In this document: positions 38,928 to 48,200 of the stretch, one piece after another
How the letters are laid out: every line of letters begins with the position of its first letter
How positions within the stretch are numbered: position 1 is the first letter of the stretch
DNA from: a bacterium
GTDB taxonomy: Bacteria > Auribacterota > JABMQX01
Assembly (NCBI GenBank): GCA_030691545.1
Contig: JAUYEE010000330.1
Location: 459-64,458 of the forward strand
Direction: 5' to 3'
DNA: 64,000 nt
Translations under genes and position numbers: made by a program
Notes under the pieces: generated by a model
The model's input: only the letters and a program-made list of their open reading frames with translations
Database searches by the model: none
What the model was told of the DNA's origin: nothing

Positions 38928-40049
38928 ATGCGGAGTGTGATCGAAAATGCGAAGAACGTTGCCGTGAAGGTGGGGAGTTCTGTCCTGACGAACCTAGATG
39001 GGAAGATCAACCACGACGTGCTGAGCAACATTGTTTCGCAGGTCAACTGGCTGATCGAAGGCGGGCGGAAGGTGACAATCGTATCGTCCGGGGCGAGAAG
39101 CGCGGGATTCGGTAGAGTCGGAAGGTGGGCGGACAAAGCCGACATGAAATTCAAGCAGGCCCTGTGCTCGGTCGGCCAGGTCGAGCTGATGAAAGAATAC
39201 GAGGCGAACTTCGCCGCGTTCGGGAGAAATGTCGGACAGTTGCTTCTCACGCACGAGGACTTCGACGACCGGCTGCGCTACCTCAACATCCGCAACACGT
39301 TGCTGACGCTGATAGAAGGCGGAATTGTCCCGATTATCAACGAAAACGACACAGTCAGCACGGATGAAATCAAGATCGGCGACAACGATTATCTTTCCGC
39401 GCTCGTCGCAATTGCCTGGGGAGCGGATTTGCTGGTTATTCTGACCAACATTGATGGTGTCCATAAGGCTGACCCCACCACGAACAGGCAGGCGGAGCTT
39501 CTGCAACGGATTGAGAACATAGATGATTTTGTCACACCTGGGAAAGGACGCAAAAGCGTCTGGGGCACCGGCGGCATTGCCACGAAGGTTGACGCGGCCC
39601 GGAAAGTCGCCATGATGAACATCCCGACGTTAATTCTGAACGGGACGAGGAAAGATGTCATTATCAAAGCGGCCTTGGGAAAAGATGCAAGGGGCACGTT
39701 GATTCTACCCTCAGGCAAGGGCTTCCAGAGCCGGAAGCGCTGGCTTGCGGTCGGTAAGCGGGTCAAGGGAAAGCTGGTGGTGGACGAGGGGGCGGAAGCA
39801 GCTCTCCGCCGGGGCGGCAAGAGCCTCCTTTCGGTGGGTGTGAAGAAAGTGGAAGGGCGATTCAAACCGGGGGACCTGGTCTCGATCGTGTCCATGAATC
39901 AGGGCCTTATCGGGAAAGGCTTGGTGGAGTACAATAGCGAAGAACTCCAGAAGATCGCCGGCGCAAAAGTTGGCGACATCGAGAGAATCCTCGGCCAGAA
40001 GACCTCCGATGAGGTGATTCATAGAGACAATATGGTCATTCTGGGATGA
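38928..40049 (+). CDS. proB: Glutamate 5-kinase
   Basis: VAVKVGSSVLT... amino-acid-kinase fold with C-terminal PUA domain. Confidence 0.9.
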   Translation: MRSVIENAKNVAVKVGSSVLTNLDGKINHDVLSNIVSQVNWLIEGGRKVTIVSSGARSAGFGRVGRWADKADMKFKQALCSVGQVELMKEYEANFAAFGRNVGQLLLTHEDFDDRLRYLNIRNTLLTLIEGGIVPIINENDTVSTDEIKIGDNDYLSALVAIAWGADLLVILTNIDGVHKADPTTNRQAELLQRIENIDDFVTPGKGRKSVWGTGGIATKVDAARKVAMMNIPTLILNGTRKDVIIKAALGKDARGTLILPSGKGFQSRKRWLAVGKRVKGKLVVDEGAEAALRRGGKSLLSVGVKKVEGRFKPGDLVSIVSMNQGLIGKGLVEYNSEELQKIAGAKVGDIERILGQKTSDEVIHRDNMVILG

Positions 40050-40053
40050 GACG

Positions 40054-40869
40054 ATGCTTGAGAAAGGAAAGAAAATGCGACTGGGCATAATCGGCGTGGG
40101 AAACATTGGAGAGATTTTCGCGGAGCGGCTCGGTAAGGAGGGACATGAGCTCTGCGCGTACGATGTTCGGGCAGAACGGCTTAAGGAGACGGCGAGAACC
40201 CACCGCTTCAAGCAAGCGAAAAGCAACGCAGAGGTAGTCCATGTTTCGGAAGTGGTCGTCGTTGCGGTCAAACCGCAGACCTTCCCGTCCCTCGCGGAGG
40301 AGCTGAAGAAGTCGCCTTTTGCGGAGAGGCTCTTCATAAGCGTTCTGGCAGGAATTCCGACGGGGAAATACGAGGAGGCGCTGCCAGGAATCAAGGTGAT
40401 TCGGATTATGCCGAATCTCGCCATCAAGATCGGAAAAGGTGTCATCGGGCTGGCGTGCGGCAAGAACGTGAGCGAAGAGGAAGAAGCACAGGCGGAGGAA
40501 CTGCTGCGTCCGCTCGGCATGGTGGAGCGAGTTGCCGAGTCGAAGATGGACGCGGTGACCGCCGTGAGCGGTAGCGGGGCCGGGTATGTCTTCGCCATCA
40601 TCGAGGCGTTGGCGGAGGCGGGCGTTCGGCTCGGATTGGACTATTCGCAAGCCCTGAGAATGGTGGCGCAGACCATGGCCGGAAGCGCGGAACTGCTTCT
40701 GGCGATAGGAGGTCATCCGGCGGAGCTAAAAAACAGGGTCACTTCGCCGGGCGGAACGACGATCGAAGGTTTGTTTGTTATGGAAAAAGGAGGAGTGAAG
40801 GGAATTCTGATGGACGCCGTGGCAGCCGCTTACCGGCGGGCGAAAGAACTGGCGTCCGTCGCCCGGTGA
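40054..40869 (+). CDS. proC: Pyrroline-5-carboxylate reductase
   Basis: Rossmann motif IGVGNIGE and P5CR C-terminal dimerisation domain. Confidence 0.85.
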   Translation: MLEKGKKMRLGIIGVGNIGEIFAERLGKEGHELCAYDVRAERLKETARTHRFKQAKSNAEVVHVSEVVVVAVKPQTFPSLAEELKKSPFAERLFISVLAGIPTGKYEEALPGIKVIRIMPNLAIKIGKGVIGLACGKNVSEEEEAQAEELLRPLGMVERVAESKMDAVTAVSGSGAGYVFAIIEALAEAGVRLGLDYSQALRMVAQTMAGSAELLLAIGGHPAELKNRVTSPGGTTIEGLFVMEKGGVKGILMDAVAAAYRRAKELASVAR

Positions 40870-40951
40870 ATAAACTGGCGGATCAGGCGTCTAAATTAAA
40901 GAAAAGGAACAGGAATTGCATCGTCTGGCGCAATAGATGGAGGATAGAACC

Positions 40952-41239
40952 ATGAAGAAGTTGGTTCTCGGTGCTGTTCTGGCAGGCACGTTGCTTTTCG
41001 CGCTCGTGCCGTCGGCGAACGCTCAGTATTACGGTCGCAGGAGTTACTACCGGCCGCCGTACCGAGGATACGTGTACCAGCACAGGTACTATGTGCCGCG
41101 GCCCTATTACCGCCCGTACCGTTGGTATCCGAGATCCTACTACTATCCGGGATACTACCAGTCCTATTATCCGCGGTACTACTATCCGCCGGCGCCGACC
41201 TATTACGGGCCGGGATGGGGCGTGTCGGTCTGGTGGTAA
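40952..41239 (+). CDS. Small secreted Tyr/Arg/Pro-rich low-complexity protein
   Basis: Signal peptide MKKLVLGAVLAGTLLFALVPSANA, then YYGRRSYYRPPYRGYVYQHRYYVPRPYYRPYRWYPRSYYYPGYYQSYYPRYYYPP. GGAGGA RBS before ATG 40952. Confidence 0.45.
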   Translation: MKKLVLGAVLAGTLLFALVPSANAQYYGRRSYYRPPYRGYVYQHRYYVPRPYYRPYRWYPRSYYYPGYYQSYYPRYYYPPAPTYYGPGWGVSVWW

Positions 41240-41430
41240 GCGGCGCCTTCTGACGCGGGTTGACGAAGCGCCGGAAGACCTCTCATTCGGAGGGAAACAG
41301 AGGTCAACGCCGCGCGGCGTTGGAGAAGGTCGCATGCGGCGTCGTAAGGTTCTGGCCCCAATGGGTCTGTTGAGGGCGCAAATGTGCGCCCTTTTTGTTC
41401 TCTATGCATGCCCCTGCCCGTGGAAGGGTC

Positions 41431-42561
41431 CTACTCGATGCCGGTCTCGTATATCCTGTACTTCTTGTAGGCAATCCCCCCGGCCCTCTCGAGCGCTTTG
41501 TTGATGAGGACATTGTCCTCGAGGGTCCATGACATTTCGGCGGTGTTGTAGCCCGCTCGAAGGACGGCGCGGGCGGTTTCGGTGATGAGGAGGGCGGCGA
41601 GACCGCGCTTCTGGAACTCCGGTCGGATGGCCAGGAGAATGACACGGACCTGCTCGGCTTTTCGGAGCGCGCGGAGGAACGAGATGAAGCGAAATGGGAA
41701 AAGCTTTCCGTTGACTCGCTTAAAAGCAGGGGAAACGTCGGGGAGCGTCAGCGAGAAGCCCGCGGGCACACCGTTTACCTCGAGAATCAGGACAAGCTGA
41801 GGATTGACGATGGGCTTGAATTGTCGGACCGTGTGGTCGAATTCGGCTTGGGTCATGGGGACGAATCCCCAGTTCGCGCTCCACGACGCGTTGTAGATTT
41901 CCCGAATGCGCTCCGTTTCTTCGCTCCAGGCCTTCATGTTCACATTCCGCACGCGGACATCCTTGCGCTCGCTGAAGAGTTTCACCAGCGGCTCGTATTT
42001 CTCCCAGACGAAGAGGTCCTCCCTGATGAGGTAGGCGTGAAGGTCCTTCGCTTTGTGGAGTCCGCAACTCTCGGCGAATTCAAGGTAATATTCCGGGGTG
42101 TAGGGCATCATCGTAACGGGCGACTTGTCGAATCCTTCGAGGAGGAAGCCGCAGACTTCATTGGTGGAGAAGTTCATCGGACCCCGCATGGAGGTCATGC
42201 CCCTTTCCCGCAGCCACCGGGCGGCTGTCTCATAGAGCTTCTGCGCGGCAGTGAGGTCGGGAAGGCATTCGAAGAAACCGAAAAAACCGACGCGGTCTTT
42301 GTAGAACTGGTTGTGGCTTCTGTTGATGAGGGCGGCGATCCGCCCGAGAGGCTCGCCTCCTTTGAGGGCAAGGAAGAGCTGCACCTCACTGTGCTCGTAG
42401 AAAGGATTTTTTCGTGGATCGAAGCGGTGGAGTTCGTCGCGGATCAGAGGGGGGACCCAAAGAGGACTTGCGCGATACACGTTCCAGGGGAATTTGATGA
42501 ACGTTTTGAGGGCGCGGTTGTCCTGAACGGGCCGGATGAAAACTGCTTCCCCATTCGTCAT
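41431..42561 (-). CDS. GNAT-like acyltransferase (candidate bacterial ceramide synthase-like)
   Basis: About 376 aa with an acyl-CoA N-acyltransferase-like pattern. Translationally coupled (4-nt overlap) to the upstream alpha-oxoamine synthase gene. Confidence 0.45.
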   Translation of the reverse strand: MTNGEAVFIRPVQDNRALKTFIKFPWNVYRASPLWVPPLIRDELHRFDPRKNPFYEHSEVQLFLALKGGEPLGRIAALINRSHNQFYKDRVGFFGFFECLPDLTAAQKLYETAARWLRERGMTSMRGPMNFSTNEVCGFLLEGFDKSPVTMMPYTPEYYLEFAESCGLHKAKDLHAYLIREDLFVWEKYEPLVKLFSERKDVRVRNVNMKAWSEETERIREIYNASWSANWGFVPMTQAEFDHTVRQFKPIVNPQLVLILEVNGVPAGFSLTLPDVSPAFKRVNGKLFPFRFISFLRALRKAEQVRVILLAIRPEFQKRGLAALLITETARAVLRAGYNTAEMSWTLEDNVLINKALERAGGIAYKKYRIYETGIE

Positions 42562-43739
42562 ATCAACCCGAACTCTTTGCCGACTTTCTCAAACACCTCG
42601 AGCACCTGATCGAGCTCCTCGTCGGTATGGGTCGCCATGTAACTGGTTCGAATCAGGCTTTCCCCCGGGGGGACGGCCGGGGTAATGATGGTATTAGCAT
42701 AGACACCATTGTCGAGCAGCGCCCGCCAGAAACGGAACGTGGCTTCGTTCTCCCCGATCTTGATGGGGATGATGGCTGTCGCAGAGTCGCCGGTGTCAAA
42801 GCCGAGGGCGTCGAATTCCTTTTTCATGCGGGTGTAGATGTCCGTGAGGCGCGCTCGGCGCTCCGGCTCGTTCTCGATGATGTCAAGGGCGGCAAGGGCG
42901 GCGGCGACAGCGGGCGGAGGCATACTGGCGCTGAAAATCAGCGTCCGGCAGTTGTGCTTGAGGTAGTGGATTACGGATTCTTCACCGGCCAGGAAACCGC
43001 CGAGGGAGGCGAAGGATTTGCTGAAGGTGCCCATGACGAGGTCCACGTCATCCTCGAGTCCGAAGTGGCTGGCAGTTCCGTCACCGTGTTTGCCGATAAC
43101 TCCGATGGCATGGGCGTCATCCACGAGGATTCTTGAGGAGTACTTCTTTGCCACTCGGACAAGGTCGGGAAGGTTCACAATGTCGCCGCCGATGCTGAAG
43201 ACACCATCCACCGCGATGAGTTTGCCGCCGTTGTTGTCACTTTCGCGGAGGATTCTGTCCAGGTCCTCCATGTCATTGTGCTTGAACTTATAGACCTTTC
43301 CGAAGCACAGGCGTGTCCCTTCAACGATGCTGGCGTGGTCCTCCCGGTCTATGTAAACCGCGTCGCCCCGGCCGACCAGTGTGGAAATGCCGCCGAGGTT
43401 TGTCTGGAAACCCGTGCTGAACACCAGGGCAGCCTGTTTGTGCATGAACGCGGCGAGGCGTCTCTCCAGCTCGACGTGAATGTCGAGGTTCCCGTTGAGA
43501 AAACGAGAGCCGGTGCATCCGGAGCCATATTTCTTGATTGCTTCGATAGCGGCTTGGGTGACTTTCGGGTGGGTAGTGAGGCCCAAGTAGTTGTTGGAGC
43601 CAATCATGATGACTTTTCTGCCGTCAATGATGGCTTTCGTCCCGAGGCTGGATTCGACTTCCGAGAAGAACGGATAAAGCCCGGCGGCCATTGCTTCCCG
43701 GGCAACAGTGTAGTTGCGGCACTTTTCAAAGAGGTCCAT
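42558..43739 (-). CDS. PLP-dependent alpha-oxoamine synthase (serine palmitoyltransferase / BioF / Kbl family)
   Basis: SNNYLGL, the GSRFLNG motif, AALVFSTGFQTN, DDAHAIG, and the PLP-lysine region GTFSKSFASLGG. Confidence 0.85.
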   Translation of the reverse strand: MDLFEKCRNYTVAREAMAAGLYPFFSEVESSLGTKAIIDGRKVIMIGSNNYLGLTTHPKVTQAAIEAIKKYGSGCTGSRFLNGNLDIHVELERRLAAFMHKQAALVFSTGFQTNLGGISTLVGRGDAVYIDREDHASIVEGTRLCFGKVYKFKHNDMEDLDRILRESDNNGGKLIAVDGVFSIGGDIVNLPDLVRVAKKYSSRILVDDAHAIGVIGKHGDGTASHFGLEDDVDLVMGTFSKSFASLGGFLAGEESVIHYLKHNCRTLIFSASMPPPAVAAALAALDIIENEPERRARLTDIYTRMKKEFDALGFDTGDSATAIIPIKIGENEATFRFWRALLDNGVYANTIITPAVPPGESLIRTSYMATHTDEELDQVLEVFEKVGKEFGLI

Positions 43740-44083
43740 GCTGTCTCCGGGTTGGGATTTTGATATTGCTGTTCTTCAGATGAAAAGCTATTCTCGCCAC
43801 GGCAAATCGCCCTGTGCTTCGACCTTTGTGTCTTTGTGCCTTTGTGGCAACGGTCCGAAGCATCTAACCACGAGGACACGAAGGCACCGAATCCGCTCCA
43901 CGACGATATTGCCGAGGCCAGGCCCAAAAACTGCCCGATGTGGGAAAGTTTTTGCCGAAACGCTACGAAAAACGGCGGGAATTGTAAACAAATTTATTCC
44001 GGCCCGCTTCGTGTGTCTTCGTCTCTTCGTGGTTGGGGCCTCGGGTCCCCACGCACTGGACACGGACACACACGGACACACAC

Positions 44084-45061
44084 ATGAAAGCGCTCGTGAC
44101 GGGAGCAACTGGTTTTGTTGGCAGCCATCTCGTCGAGGAACTGGTCCAGCGAGGGCATGAGGTTCACTGTCTCGTCCGTCGGACCAGCAACCTCCAATGG
44201 CTGAAGGGGTTGCCCGTGCGGTTGGTTTATGGAGACGTCGCCTCAAAGGAGTCCCTGGGAGCAGCCGTTGCAGGGAAGGACTACATTTATCACGTCGCGG
44301 GGGTGATTCAAGGAAAAAGCCAGTGGGCATTTGACCGCGCCAACTTCTTCGGGACGGTCAACCTGCTGAGAGCGTGCTGGAGATACAACGCCGGCGTGAG
44401 GAGGTTTGTGCTGGTCAGCAGCCTCAGCGCCGGGGGACCGAGCGGGCGAAGGCGACCTGTCCGGGAAGAAGACCCACCGCGGCCGATATCCCTTTACGGA
44501 AAAAGTAAATGGAAGGCGGAACAGGCCGCAGGGGAGTTCATCGGGCGATTCCCTCTGACAATTGTGCGGCCGCCAGCGATCTTCGGTCCACGAGACCGCG
44601 GCATGTACCCGTTTTTCAAAGCTCTGAAAAAGGGTATCGTCGTCCGTGTCGCGGGAGAGAGGAAAGCCAACTTCGTTTATGTGAAGGACGTGGTGGCAGG
44701 GACAATTCTTGCCGGGGAAGCGGAAGTGGCTATCGGGCAAACGTATTACATTGCGGGTGAACGGGCGTACACGTGGCGGGAATTCGCACAGACGGCGGCT
44801 CGCGTGGCAGGGCAAGCGGTCAGGGAGATCGTCGTCCCGGCACGAGTAGTACGCGCGGTCGGGGTGTTCAACAGCGTTGCGGCGGCGTTAACCGGGAAGG
44901 CGAGGATGCTCGACTGGCAAAAGTCCCGGGAGATTCTGCAACCGTACTGGTTGTGTGACACCTCGAAGGCGAAGAGGGAATTGGGGTATCAGCCAACGTA
45001 CTCATTGGAGCAAGGTCTGACCGAAACGATTCGGTGGTACGAGGAAGAAGGTTGGCTGTGA
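44084..45061 (+). CDS. NAD-dependent epimerase/dehydratase-family reductase
   Basis: MKALVTGATGFVGSHLVEEL Rossmann start, YxxxK-type extended SDR fold. Confidence 0.85.
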   Translation: MKALVTGATGFVGSHLVEELVQRGHEVHCLVRRTSNLQWLKGLPVRLVYGDVASKESLGAAVAGKDYIYHVAGVIQGKSQWAFDRANFFGTVNLLRACWRYNAGVRRFVLVSSLSAGGPSGRRRPVREEDPPRPISLYGKSKWKAEQAAGEFIGRFPLTIVRPPAIFGPRDRGMYPFFKALKKGIVVRVAGERKANFVYVKDVVAGTILAGEAEVAIGQTYYIAGERAYTWREFAQTAARVAGQAVREIVVPARVVRAVGVFNSVAAALTGKARMLDWQKSREILQPYWLCDTSKAKRELGYQPTYSLEQGLTETIRWYEEEGWL

Positions 45062-45261
45062 GGACTGCACGCTACGATATTTGTGATGCAGGCTTCCAGC
45101 CTGCCGCCGCGGGAGGATCCCGCCGGGAAGGCTCTCTCTTGCATCCCTTCGTGTCTTCGTGCCTCTTCGTGTTTCTTCGTGGTCGCCTCTTTTCTCCTCC
45201 CTTTTCCATCCTTGCCATAGAGACACAAGGGCACACAGCAGGGCAGGGTGTTGCGTGCTCC

Positions 45262-48200
45262 CTACTCCGACACCACCCGGTAGAACCGTGAGGAGCTGTC
45301 AGGAGGGAGACTGCCTGTCCAGGTGGTGGCGATGATAGGCCACGTCGTCCCCTCCACATTGGTCCAGGACCCAGCAGTCAGGTCATCGCTGCATTGGACG
45401 ACGTAGTATCCGGTTCCAAATCTGCCCCAGGAAAAAGTCACCCGTCCATCGTGGAGAATCTCCAGCGAACGAATCTTGTCCTCAACGGGTTTCCCGGAGA
45501 CAATGATCCTGTCCACCGCCCACCAGAAATCGTGATGTGTATTGTGAAAGCGCCAACGGAATCGGACCCGTTTGCCGTCCGCGAGAGTGGCGATATCGAA
45601 CGTCAAAGGCTCCGCGGAACTCAGGTCTCCGAAGGAGCGGTCGCGCTGGAAGATGGTCAGCCAGTCGGACCAGAGTCCGGTCTGAGGATGATAGGTGGAA
45701 ATGTCGAAATCCGTCGTCTGGAGGTCGCCCTCCTCGTCTCCCTCATGGATGTTGATGTGGCTGGAGAATTCGACCGAGACTGCGCTGTATGCGGAGCAGT
45801 TGATGGCAGGCGAGACAAGTTCCTCGTCGAGGAAAGTGTCTGGCGCGAAGTCGCCGTTGGAGACCATGTAGTTGCTGCTCATTCCGGGGAGGTCCGGGCC
45901 GGGCTGGCCCCAGGCTGTGGTGAGGACTTCGCCCTGGGTGTTCCACAACTGCCAGGCGCCGTCCGAGGGAGTCGCTGAGGTGACTGTCCAGCCGCCCGCG
46001 GACTGGACTTCATCGGTTTCCGCATAACGTTCGAAGTCCTCTCCGAAGATGACGTTTCGCCCCTCGAGGGACCAATCGTAGCCAAGAGCCATGTAATCAT
46101 AATCGGCACTTCCAGACGTCAGTTTCATTCTCAGGACATGAATGCCTTTCCCTGAGAAGAAAGGCTGGAGGGAAAAAGAAGTCCAGTCTCTCCAGCCGCC
46201 GGGGGTGTTGTACGTGAGGTCGCCGACGGGCTCTTCGTCCCAAGAGAACTCGAGAGTGGCACTGGCGGCGCCGCTGGTCGCACCTCGATAGACAAGCTTG
46301 ACATATCCGGCGACGGGAACATCGAATGTGTATCGCCACCAGTCGCCCGGGGTAGAGTAGCCCATGAACCAGCCGCTGGAGTCCTCGCCGGGCCGAATGT
46401 CCACGGCATCCTGGGGGCGGTAGGTGTTGCTGCGAGACGCGCTCTGGTAGAAATAGTCCACATCTGGGGCGAGGTTGTTTGTGTCCGAAGCTTCCACGGC
46501 GGACGGAGCCGCGGGTCCGCCGGGGAAATGCCCGCCGCCATAGTTGTAATCCTCAGCTTCCCGGATTTCCACGAGAGGAGCAGTTTGGGGAAAGGTGCTT
46601 GGAGCGGATTCGATGGGGCCCCGCGCGCCCGCCGGGTTTTCCGCAGTTACCCTGTAAACGTAGGAGACGCCGGGCCGGATGGTCCGGTCAAAGAAGGGGG
46701 TCTGGGGTTGGGGGTCTGGGGTCGGTGGGAGGGGGCCGGGAATTTCGGTCCACGTGATGCCGTCGGTACTGCGATAGACGTGATAGGCAATGACGTTTTC
46801 GTCGGGACTGGCAGTCCAGGAGACAATTGCGCCGTCAAGCATCTCAACGCCAACTGAGGACGGAGCAGCGGGAAGGGGGTAAAGGGTCGCGGGACCAAGG
46901 ATGTCTTGATTTGCTTCACTCCCGTAAGAAAGATACCCGCTGAAGTTCGCGGGCGACGATAAACCCTTCGGAATACCGAGCACGTAGGTGATGGCGCGGC
47001 TCGAGACCTTGCCCCCGGAGAACGTCCAGACCAGCCGGCCCGGAACGGAGGCGTCAGCCCCGGCGGGATCAAGGACAGCGATGTTTCCCCCGGTGAAAGT
47101 CTCCGTCACGACGAGGGTGGCGGGTCGGGAAGGGGTGTTGACGTCAATGTGGAGAGATACGGCGGATGTCGAACCCGGTGTGTAGTGAGAGGCAAGCTGC
47201 CGCGTGCAGACGATAGCGGGCGCCGGGAGGCTCTCCGCCGGGCCGAGCTCCGTGGACCAGTCCTCCGGGACATGCCCGGCGCCGGGCTGATACAGCAGAA
47301 TGCGGTCTATCCGGTAACCGTCCTCCCGGCAACGGATGTTAAGAGTGTAGGAGCCGGGCTGAGGAAAAACCAACGGTTCCGATGCCGGCCCCGGGCACCA
47401 CGCCCACCGGTTATAATTTTCTGCGTTGTCAAATTGGGAGATGACCGCGTTGCCGTTGATGCCGATTCGGCACGAGTTGTTTGTCGTTCCGTCGTGCCCG
47501 CGCCCATGCGGCACATATCGCCGAATTTTCAAGTAATACGTGCCCGCGTGCCGCAGTTCCACGTCGTAGCTGATCTCCGCGCCATTCTCCCAGTTCCGTA
47601 TGTTTGCGATGCCAGGAATGTCGGGGACCTCGACGTAGGTTGGGTCGCCCTCGAAAACCTGATAGGAGCCGCGGTCATCCCCATTGCGGTTGATGAAGGT
47701 GTAATTCTCGGCTTCGATGACGATGAGTCCGGACTTTTCCATGTGCGCCATGGTATTTACGACACTCCTCACAGAGACCGTGACTGTGTCAGTGCGGATG
47801 CTGTTCAGAGTGCCCAATTCATCGTCAACGGTGAGCTGGAAGATGAGGTCCTCGGAGAACGTCGCTACAGACGGGGCAGTAAAGGCGGGTCGAGGAGAAG
47901 AGGCTTCTGACAGGACGACGGAAGGCCCGCTGATTTGCCTCCAGTTGTAGGTGAGGCTGCCGGAAGTCGTCCGGGAACGTGTGCCGTCGAGCTGGGCGAT
48001 GCTGCCCTCGCGGGCGGCAAAGTCCGCGCCGGCGTCGGCTTTCGTGGCGATGTTGCGAATGATAATTTGGACTTCATCGTTTTTTTCATCGGTTCCGTCG
48101 CTGGCGGTGACAGTGAATCTCAGAAGGGTGTCTGAAGCGACGCCCGGAGCGACGAACGAGGCCAGGGGCGACTCCGCGTTGTCAATGGTGACGGCGGGAA

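Noticed and set aside
44041-44083. (CACGGACACA)2 dinucleotide-like repeat immediately upstream of the epimerase start
   Set aside because: Only two units. It is probably part of the CACGAAG-type intergenic element family rather than a separate microsatellite.
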